Positions 13,086 to 23,300 of a stretch of DNA of 64,000 nt are shown piece by piece. Positions within the stretch are counted from its first letter, which is position 1, and each line of letters begins with the position of its first letter. The DNA lies in NCBI GenBank assembly GCA_010909165.1, contig VJWM01000068.1, positions 1,178,001-1,242,000 of the forward strand, in the 5' to 3' direction. Made by a program: the position numbers and the translations under genes. The notes beneath the pieces were generated by a model. It saw nothing but the letters and a program-made list of their open reading frames with translations. It had not been told where the DNA came from and did no database searches. This DNA comes from Anthoceros angustus (lineage: Eukaryota > Plantae > Anthocerotophyta).

Positions 13086-13295
13086 TCCTAGAACATCATA
13101 TGCAAGAATAAATGGCTCCTAGAACATCATATGCAAGAATAAATGGCTTGCAAATTACGGAGAAAGAGGAACATCATATGCAAGTATAAATGGCTTGCAA
13201 ATTACGGAGAAAGAGGAACATCATATGCAAGAATAAATGGCTCCTAGAACATCATATGCAAGAATAAATGGCTTGCAAATTACGGAGAAAGAGGA
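13086..13295. repeat. Irregular mosaic tandem array of 31-bp and 47-bp units
   Basis: The shared core aacatcatatgcaagaataaatggc occurs 5 times, joined to either ctcctag or ttgcaaattacggagaaagagg. Confidence 0.9.
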
Positions 13296-13609
13296 AGAAG
13301 GGTCACCTGCCATCATCGCCTTTTGAACGATTGCCATCCAGAGGGCCCTTTGAAGGCAATGAAGACTCTCTATCTGAATGTGAAATAAGAAAAGGACCAC
13401 CCCGGGCCATGCCTACGGGTGTGGTAGGATGTAAGAGAAATTTATCGAAGTCACCAGCCATTGCCCCATACGTTTCGAGTGCGAGCGGAATAAAGAAGTG
13501 ACCCGCTTGCATCTCGCTATACTTTCTGACCTTGAGAGCCACAGCACTGGCGGCAGCCCAACCAAGGCTGTTAGTGATAACATGAGCGGACATGTGTCTC
13601 GAGCAAGGT
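13296..13609 (-). mobile_element. CRE-like non-LTR retrotransposon 3' fragment (restriction-like endonuclease region)
   Basis: GWAAASAVALKVRKYSEMQAGHFFIPLALETYGAMAGDFDKFL followed by a frameshifted FR.RV.IALQRA, the C-terminal pattern of REL-type CRE-clade elements. Confidence 0.65.
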
Positions 13610-13809
13610 CTCAAGGACTGGTAGCGTAAAGGTTCTCTCTCAAGGACTGGTAGCGTAAAGGTTCTCTCTCAAGGATTGGTAACGTAAAGTTCTCTCTCAA
13701 GGACTGGTAGCGTAAAGGTTCGCTCTCAAAGACTGATAGCGTAAAGGTTCTCTCTCAAGGACTGGTAGCGTAAAGGTTCTCTCTCAAGGACAGGTAGCGT
13801 AAAGGTTTT
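13610..13809. repeat. 29-bp tandem minisatellite, about 7 copies
   Basis: Unit ggttctctctcaaggactggtagcgtaaa, head-to-tail with no spacers. Confidence 0.95.
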
Positions 13810-14120
13810 CTTGTCGATGAGTGTTGGAAAGCACGCCTGATTTCGAGAATCCTCGCTTCAAAAGCTTTAAAGGCATGATAATGTAGTCCATCTACGTACT
13901 ATACTTATAGGGTCACCTACATCAAGCTCAAACACACCCTACACACTAAACCCTTTTCTTGTAATAGTCTTCAAGTTTTTATAAGGAATGAAGAGATGAG
14001 TGAACTCATCTACTAAAGGAGGTCAAAGGTCACAATAAAGAGGGAGCAACTAAGTTTCGTGTCTTAAGTCACATAGAGCACCTATAGTGTCATAACTAGG
14101 GAAATTGAATGGCCTACATA

Positions 14121-15040
14121 TTACTGAACTAGTCGAGGATGCATCTCCAACAATGGCTGTTGTCCATAAGATAGCCCCTGCAAGTGGCTCTTTGGGGAGC
14201 AATGGACACCTGCTGCCGCAAAGAGAGGTAGCCCCATGCTATATCTCCTTGCATGGCATTCTTTGGCACAAGACATAATAAATTTATCAAAGGCTTTAGC
14301 CAACATCTCATACGTCTCTAAGGCAAGCAGAGTGAAGAGGTGGCCGACCTGCATTCCTTTATACTTTGTAACATTAGAAGTCACCACTCCTACTATCGCC
14401 CAACCTGGACAATTTAAAATAGTCTGTTCAAAGGTAGATTCTCGTGTACGGTCAGTAACCACCATGTTTGCCACCGAGACTTGGTCATCCTGGATGAGGT
14501 CCAAGTGGGCTTTGACCGTCTGACCTACGTGTAAAGCATACCAACACTCCCTCCAAGCCATATAACCACTTTCACGAGTCATTGCAAATATACATTACGA
14601 ATGGCATCATGGATGACAACATGTCAACCGCTAATATTGGGACAACGAGTGCAATGCGTCCCAGATGCATCCAAGGCAAAGCCACATTTGTAGGTAAGAA
14701 GTGAGGAAGCCAATGATTGAACCAGGCCCTGATGGAGGTGCATCGCTGTAATGAAGGTTGTAAGTACGATGTGAAATCTTTGTAGCCAAGTTCCTCCACC
14801 CTTCTTAGAACAGCAGCGGAGACAGGCTCTTGTGGGCCTTGGAATGGACCAAAGGAGACTGAAGGGTCCAAAAGGATAGGCTGGAAACCTGACCGAGTTG
14901 TTTATCGAGCAAGGATGCCTGAAACCTCATGAAACCGTCGCGTTATTGATAACATGTCCTTAGCTTACGTGAGGGGCAATTGAAGAGGGAGGGTTCCCTA
15001 TGCAACTCCTAATGCAAAGTCCTCCATAAAGGACTTATCG
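14121..15040 (-). mobile_element. Second, longer degenerate CRE-like non-LTR fragment (zinc knuckle plus REL endonuclease)
   Basis: KCGFALDASGTHCTRC...HDAIRN (CCHC-like knuckle), then VVTDRTRES...KYKGMQVGHLFTLLALETY...LRQQVSIAPQRA across frameshifts and stops. Confidence 0.65.
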
Positions 15041-15328
15041 TGAAGCAAGGTAATTTATTGTATTTATGATAAATTTAGTAAAAATGATTGAGAAAAATAG
15101 AGGTATGGAAAAAACTATAGAGAAAGATTTTTTTTCTAAGAACTAAATTTTATAAATATCCTTTAACCAAGATTAAAATAAATTGAAAATATATGATATA
15201 GTATAAATTATGTCATTAACTGATTGTTATTAAATAAAATAAATAAAAAGGTAAATAAATACAACTATTGATTTCTGAAAAGAAAAAGATTATAAGTAAA
15301 GATTCTGTGTGTGAGGATTCTTTTTAGA

Positions 15329-15415
15329 TTGTGACACACAAGCTTTTCTTTTTTAGGTTGTGACACACAAGGTTTTCTTTTTTAGGTTGTGACACACAAG
15401 GTTTTCTTTTTTAGG
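15329..15415. repeat. 29-bp tandem repeat, 3 copies
   Basis: ttgtgacacacaag(g/c)ttttcttttttagg x3. Confidence 0.9.
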
Positions 15416-15479
15416 GCTGTCCGAACATGGGCCTTTGCACATCCATCTTGCATGACCCCATCTGCCCATCAGTTTGAAA

Positions 15480-17440
15480 CGGTTACCAGGCCTTTGTGGC
15501 ATATAGCCTGCAGCAGCCATCCGGGCCTCGCACGACTCGCTTTCGCAGCCATCCAGGCCTTTGTGGCACATAGCCTGCAGCAGCCATCCAGGCCTCGCGC
15601 GATCGGCTTTCGCACCATCTAGGCCTCGCGCCACTGGCCGCAATCATCGCCTCGCGCTGATCGGCTTTCGCAGTATCCGGCCTCGCGTGATCGGCTTCAG
15701 CCATCCGCCTAGAGGATCGGCTGCAGCCATCCGCGCCGCTACGATCGCTTCGCAACCATCCGCCTCGCGATCGGCTTTCGCAGCCATCCAGCCTCGCGCT
15801 GATCGGCTTTCATCGCCATCCGGCCTCGCGCGACTGGCTTTCGCAGCCATCCGGCCTCGCGATTGGCTTTGCAGCCATCCGGCCTCGTGCGACTGGCTTT
15901 CGCAACCATCCAGGCGTTTGTGGCAGATAGCCTGGAGGAAGAAGAAGAAGAAGAATTTTATTTAGGAGCCATCCAGGCCTCGCGCGACTGGCTTTCGCAG
16001 CCATCCGGGCCTCGCGCGACTGGCTTTCGCAGCCATCCAGCGCTTGTGGCGAGTAGCCCGGAGGAGTTATCCGTGCCTCACGCCGCGGGCTTTCGCACCA
16101 TCTAGGCGTCGTGGCGTATAGCCTGGAGGAGCCATCCAGGCCTCGCGCGATTGGCTTTCGCAGCCATCCGTGCCTTTGTGGCGAGTAGCCCGGAGGAGCC
16201 ATCCGTGTTCACATGATTGGCTGCAGCCATCCAGGCCTCGTGCGATTGCCTTTGGCAGCCATCTAGGCCTCGCGCGATTGGCTTTTGCAGCCATCCAGGC
16301 CTCGCGCGATTGCCTTTGGCAACCATACAGGCCTCGAGCGACTGCAAAGCTACATTGCTTCACGGATGGACACTTCAAGACAGGATTACTTCACAGTTGC
16401 AAACTTTACATTCGACCCATAACAAAGCCACTACTGGGCTCATGCCTCAAAAGGACAGAACTAAGAATTCCACATTGTCAGTGCTCCCATCTCATGGTGG
16501 GAGCGCACAAAACACTTCTTTACATCCTACACCCTTAATCAGGCAACATTGGTGGAGGTGGGGACTGCCTTGGCTTTTGCACTCAATTGCCGGCTCAATG
16601 CGACCCGCTATGACATCGTGGTAACGGAGCCGGCACCGTGCTTTGGAGACGAGTGGATTCCTCCGGCGCGTGGCATGCAGCAAAATTCTCTGCGGGAGGA
16701 CATCCAAAGCGAGTTGCGTTGGTTGAAGTGGAGCCAGCACGGTTGGAGGATGCTGCAACGGACCGTGGGCCCAAGGTCGGAGCAGAAGATCGACGCGTGG
16801 GCCGGGCCGGAGAGTGCCTCGCCTCAAAAGTGCGCGCCCGGCCAGGTAGAGGAGAGTGTTGGCAATCCTGAAGAAGGCGATGGACAAGGAGTGGTGTGTT
16901 GGCTTTTCATGACCATCCGGCCTCGGCCAGCTTTAGCCATCCGGCCTCAAGGGGTTTTCGCAGCCATCCGGCTCGCGATCGGGCTTCGCAACCATCCAGC
17001 GCGTTTATGGCGTATAGCCCGGAAGAAGAAGAAGAAGAAGAATTTTATTTAGGAGCCATCCGGGCCTACATGCCGGTAGCTTTCCATGCCATCCGGCCTC
17101 GCGATCGGGCTTCGCCAGCCATCCGGCGTTTGTGGCGAAGCTGGAGGAGCCATCCGCCTCGCGCCATCCGCCTCGCGCGATTGCCTTTGGCACCATCTAG
17201 GCGTTCGTGGCGAGTAGCCCGGAGGAGCCATCCAGCCTCGCGCTGATCGGCTTTGCAGCCATCCAGGCCTTTGTGGCGAGTAGCCCGGAGGAGCCATCCG
17301 TGCCTCGCGATTGCCTTTGGCGACCATCCGTGCCTCGTGCGATTGCCTTTGGCAACCATCTAGGCCTCGAGCGATTGGCTTTTGCAGCCATCCAGGCCTC
17401 GCGCGAGTGCCTTTGGCAACCATACAGCCTCGAGCGGTTG
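15480..17440. repeat. GC-rich degenerate minisatellite arrays (~32-bp unit with AGCCATCC core)
   Basis: Dozens of gcagccatccgggcctcgcgcgactggctttc variants, interspersed with tttgtggc..tagcc units and two (GAA)n-ttttatttaggagcc blocks (~15940, ~17025). Confidence 0.9.
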
Positions 17441-18006
17441 CTCGCTACATTGCTTCACGGATGGACACTTCAAGACAGGATTACTTCACAGTTGCAAACT
17501 TTACATTCGACCCATAACAAAGCCATCTCACGGGCTCATGCCTCAAAGCGAGGCCCAAGAATTCCACATTGTCAGTGCTCCCATCTCATGGTGGGAGCGC
17601 ACAAAACACTTCTTTACATCCTACACCCCGTGAATTGTGCAACATTGGTGGAGGTGGGGACTCCGTCTTTGGCTTTGCAGCTCAATTGCCGGCTCAATGC
17701 GACCCGCTATGACATCAGGGTAACGGAGCTGGCACCGTGCTTTGGAGACGAGTGGATTCCTCCGGCGCGTGGCATGCAGCAAAATTCTCTGCGGGAGGAC
17801 ATCCAAAGCGAGTTGCGTTGGTTGAAGTGGAGCCAGCACGGTTGGAGGATGCTGCAACGGACCGTGGGCCCAAGGTCGGAGCAGAAGATCGACGCGTGGG
17901 CCGGGCCGGAGAGTGCCTCGCCTCAAAAGTGCGCGCCCGGCCAGGTAGAGGAGAGTGTTGGCAATCCTGAAGAAGGCGATGGACAAGGAGTGGTGTGTTG
18001 GCTTTG
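15810..18006. repeat. Tandem duplication of a ~1.09-kb unit (minisatellite plus ~560-bp unique segment)
   Basis: ~16345-16910 is nearly identical to ~17440-18006, offset about 1095 bp. Confidence 0.9.
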
Positions 18007-18665
18007 CGCACCACCTCCCTTTCGTCTACAACTAGTGCCATCACTTTATTGCATATGCTAACTTTCGCATTAATGATGAAGGCATCTTTCATGTATTGGA
18101 GGCGTGTGACTTAATCGTTAAGTGCTGCCACTCTATTGGGAGCAGGATAGGCTATGCCCTCGTTGTTGGGGATGTGAACGCGCTCCAAGCCCTTCCAGCA
18201 ATAGTGGCCCACTCTGAACAGAATGTTCTGGAAGGTGATGTTTGGAGCGCGTTTGTTTATGTTTTTGTTTTTGTTTACTCCAACAGATCTAGCTATCCCC
18301 TTGGAAGTGTCTGTGCGCCGAGGCCTGTCAACCTCCGACTTCTTGTTTGGCTAGCGTAGGCACATGGCTCTTACCAGATACATGTAGGCGTTGTGCTGGG
18401 ATGGCAAATCACTGCCATATGCAAACATTGTCTGCCCTTGGTCCGGGGTTGAGGCAAGTCTGGTTTTTTTGGCTGGCCCATTTTTTTGTCAATGAACTCC
18501 ACCGAAAGGTGCTTATCGCGTGCACCTTTTTCAAACCGCCCCTTGTGCGGGCCCTTTACACAGCCGTAAAACAGGCCCCATAATAGCAGGCATTAAGTCA
18601 TATGGACCATGAAGCCTGCGGTGGCATGTGTGGGCGAGCCTACAACCGCCCGGTGTCATGTAAAA

Positions 18666-19105
18666 TCAATAGGTATCTCCCTCCTTTTCTAATAGCCCAT
18701 CCCACCGCGAGGGGATAGGTGTGCATATGTACCACCCCATGCGCCCATCGCCGTTGTCAGGGTGTGCCAAAGCTTGTTGGACATGCCGCAGAAATGTGAA
18801 GGGCCCAGATTTGTGATCCCGTCGATACACTCGCCTTGTGTCCACAGCCGCAAAGCTTGTTGGACATGCCGCAGAAATGTGAAGGGCCCAGATTTGTGAT
18901 CCCGCCTGTATCGATACACTCGCCTTGTGTCCACAGCCGTAAAGCCATTGATGTCCGGGTGCATGGATACTGGGGTTGTGGATGTTTCGCAGGCAAACCA
19001 CTTGACGAGGAGGACGAATGCAGTGAAGTCCGCCCCCTCAAACGGAACATCTAAAATGTCCTCCACTTGCCCGTAAAAAGAAACCGGCTGGTCCTCCATG
19101 TCAAA
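18666..19105 (-). pseudogene. C-terminal (DUF4216-like) part of the outer CACTA TnpD transposase
   Basis: FDMEDQPVSFYGQVEDILDV...VLLVKWF...GFTAVDTRR...GPFTFLRHVQQ...WYICTPIPSRWD; includes a short local duplication at ~18770-18945. Confidence 0.8.
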
Positions 19106-20326
19106 CACTACTACAAAACATATGGCTTTTTAACGCAAAATATAATGTAACAATGACGCATAGTGGCCTGGAATCACGTGTGGTCCTTTTAGCCAAAGCG
19201 TTATAAAATACATTATAATGAACTCGATATTCCTTACTTTTAACGTGGCAACCTTACCGGTTGCCATAGAATGCCCGACGGGTGGTTATCCGCAATTTCC
19301 GGTGATGCCTATAACCGGGTATATGGTATGGTATAGGCCACGGATGGTCCCTGGGCCACCGTGGCCCCGTTGCAGGCCCCATAGCGGTTCGTGACGGCAC
19401 CGGTCCGCCACCCTGCCTCAGAATCTCGGTCACCGGGCGGACCCGTTTTCCTCTTCCGCTACCGGGCGGTTGAATTCAAAAAGCTGGCTTCTTGGTAAGA
19501 GCGTATTTGACTGTCCTGATTTGACCGTCCAACAACATAATGTCAGGCGGCTGTTCATTGGTGCGCAAACACACTCCATGATGGGCTTTGATTGGTGAAA
19601 TAGATCAGAAAATGGTGGATGTTCCCCGCATAAATTTATTGGCCTGACAATACCCTAGTTGGCTTTACACCGCGAAAACCATGCCCTTCACGCTTCAAGA
19701 CCCATCGATTGAATGTCCGACGATGCTTTCAACCGGATTTGAAATTTGAACGGGTTTCTACAAGCTCATTTATGCATTGATTAAACTATAATATTTGTTT
19801 AGGTAATCAGAATTAATAATTACATGAAATCGTGATTACGGTAAAACCGCACGCCCACACTAATCCACGCTCACTAGTTCTATGCATACCGAGAAAGCGA
19901 AATGGTGGCTCGCCTTCGACCTCTTCATGCGGCCCCGCCTCCTTCCCTCCCATCACGCTTGCGCCGACTTTGGTTACCTCCTTCCAAGCGAATGTGGTGC
20001 ATTGGCCCGCCCTCGGTCATTGACATCCCCTTCGTAAAGCGATTGACATGGATGGCGAGCGCAAGCGACTTTAAATTACGCTCAAGTTCTAACGAATGGA
20101 CAGAACAGAAGTGCTAGCATGTCGTCACTCCTTACTTCCTCCAGTCTTTCTCGCTGTATCGATGCCCCTCTACATTCAGGCAAGGGGGAATCAAGCATCG
20201 CACTCTGCACATGCCCCAAACTAGATATCAGATATGACTACCTCAAAAATACTAAGCTTCTCCACGACTTCATAGTGACACAGAAATTAAAACTACGCAT
20301 ATGATGGTCTGTACTCAACGCCATGC

Positions 20327-23300
20327 TCAATTGATTTTTTCGCCTCCCCAACCCCAAGCAAGATTGCCTACCTTTCCTCTCATCGCACTCCGTGTGATCC
20401 GCTTGTTAGGATCTGGTGGTGGAGGAGATGGAGTATGTCGTGTGTCCAACTCCCTCGCAGCACCTAGTTCGTCATCTGAATGGGAAGCCACTGTCTCCGA
20501 AGGCGCATCTGCAAGTCCAATGAGTAGACTCTGATGCATGAGCACATAGGCGAGCCAACGGATTGCATTAAACATGAAACGGTGATTGCTTACTTCCACA
20601 CCTTCCTTCGCTAGAGAGGCCTGGAAAGCTTCAATGTCTTCCATTCCATGCTCCACTGCCCACGCTTCTTCAACAGGTGTGGGCATCTTGTGGAACTTGT
20701 GGTAAAAAAACTTCTTGAAGTCCGTGGCCCCCCCTCGTCCATAGGGGTTGCACCCTGCACCTTCATACTTAGCCACCCGGGCCTCTGTCGCCTTCATTTG
20801 TTGTGCCCTTGGCCACTCACCGTTGTTTTGATCAAGCACCTGCACACCGAATTGAACAGCTCGCACCCACGCCTCTTTGGACACATTACCTGGGTGCAAA
20901 TGTTTTTCGTAATCACCACGTCTCCGCCGTCCATTGCAACTAACTTCACCGGCTAGGTAATGAATTTTGGTCCGAGACCGGGAGAATTGCTTGATGTGAA
21001 ATCTCGGTTAATAGCTGGAAAACTCTCGAATGATGTCAACGAGTTACATGCGCGGCCTGAATGTCTCCGACCATGGTTTCAGCAAAGTCATACGTGTGTG
21101 CACTAGCTCGAGACTGCGTTTAAAGCAGACGCCTTGCTCCATGATCAACTTCCCAAACATATCATCCCTAGCTACTTTACCAGGGCATGTCGCATCCTCA
21201 CTACACACCCGTCTCGCCTCCGCCAAAACCGTGGCCCTCCCATGCAATTTCACACAAGTCCTGAGCACATCTTCAAGGTGTGCACTCGTGAGGACCTGCC
21301 ACAGGGTGTGTGCACTCTCCCCCTCTGCCGCCTTCAGCCTGCCATTAGGGAGGAACGTTGCTTCCCACATGTGTTCAAATGTCCCGGGCTCAAACTCAGT
21401 GCCCATAGCTCCCTCCACGCTGACCAAACCATCCAACCTTGGTGTCGCCCGGCTGTCGTCGTCTCTGCGGCGTGTGCCTTGACCGCATGGACCGCAATCA
21501 TCGAGGTGCACCCGACCCTCCTCGGCTGATTCTCCACCCATGATAGGAGCCCTCCTCCGATCTCCACCCACTCATGGGCCATGTCGATTAGGGCGAAATC
21601 CCTACAAGATACCACACAAACCGGAGAAAAATGGTATTGTGTTGCTCAAGAAGAGGTAGTAGTCACAAATGAGAGAGATGCCTCACAATTGAGCCCTCCG
21701 TGGAGGCGATGAATGACAATTGTGGTGCCCGCCACCTATGACGTCTTGCATTGTCCGTCTCCCCATTTGTATGAGTGGCTCGCCCGCGGTGGCAAATCCT
21801 CTCTTGGAACCCGATCGGCCATGTTTTGACCCCAATCCGGCGTCACGCCCCACCTTAACCCCTTCTCCACTTGTCTTCGCTAGTTTCTCTTCCACAGGCG
21901 CTCATCGTCCAGCACACAACACGCTCCTGCAGTCCCCTGCAGCACACAACACGCCCCTGCAGACTAAGTCAGAACATTCATGGTTAGAACCGCCCCTGGT
22001 TGCACGTACTCCCCACACGCCATCTGTTGTCATGGGCACGATTCGAAAAGCCACGGCCTGCACATTTCCACGCCCCGCCCAGCTTCATTGCTGACATCCT
22101 GCGGCAGTGCTCACCGCGCTCCTCCCTATCCGTTTGTTTGCCCGTCGCTGCATGGGTGCATCTTTTCAGCCATGACATCAAGCATTGCACCATCCTTTTC
22201 CCTCCTGGGGCCCGCCCGCAAATGTGTTCGCACATGTGACAGATCCGGACAAAGGCCATACGCCTCGAGGCGGGGTGCATCGGCAAATAGCGCCGTGGGT
22301 ACTTTCACGTTTTGGCGGGGGCGTTGCGTCACCATCAACCCCTATCGACATCAAGCATTGCACCATCCTTTTCCCTCACGACCACGCCAAAATGTGTTCG
22401 CACATGTGACAGATCCGGACAAAGGCCGCCATAATGCCGAGCCGTGGTGCATCGGCAAATAACGCCCGGCGTGGGTACTTTGGCGGGGGCGTTGCGTCAC
22501 CATCAACCCTATGCCGACTACAAATCGCCATGGCCGTGGTGATGGCAATCGTACTTTGACCGTTTGGGTGCCTCCTTGACCAAGGCACGAAGCGATTATA
22601 TAATCGGTTGAACTACTTAGTTTAGGTATATCCACTCCTTGTGATTTTCCTTGACCACTCATCACACCGCTTGACAACTCGAGTGCGTCCTCTTGCATGC
22701 GCGATGCCTTCTGTTCCAGTTGCACATGCCTTTGAGCACGCCATGGCCAGAACTCGTTGTCACGCGCGGAGTTCTCGGACACGTGGCGCTATCCCAATGG
22801 TAACCCGTTTCCCATAAGAAGGATGCATCGACCCCCTCTTTTCCAAGCATTCACTGTCTCTCTTGCGCGATTTCAGGTTCCTGGCTTCAGAGGTGTGGAA
22901 TTTTGGTCCGAGACCGGAGAATTGCTTGATGAAATCTCGGTTAATGCTGGAAAACTCTCTCGAATGATGTCAACGAGTTACATGCGCTCCTGGGTGAATG
23001 CTCCGACCATGGTTTCAGCAAAGTCATACGTGTGTGCACTAGCTCGAGACTCGTTTAAAGCAGACGCCTTGCTCCATGATCAACTTCCCAAACATATCAT
23101 CCCTAGCTACTTTACGGGGCATGTCGATCCTCACTACACACCGTCTCGCCTCATAAACCGTGGCCCTCCCATGCAATTTCACACAAGTCCCGAGCACATC
23201 TTCAAGGTGTGTGTGGACACACAGTGTGTGCACTCTCCTCTGCCGCCTTGACTGCCATTAGGGAGGCGTTGCTTCCCACATGTGTTCAAATGTCCGGGCT

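Noticed and set aside
13610-13809. 29-bp repeats of CRISPR-like length
   Set aside because: The units are head-to-tail with no spacers, there are no cas genes, and the context is eukaryotic.
15353-17423. Many 60-280 aa ORFs on both strands
   Set aside because: They are translations of the GC-rich minisatellite.
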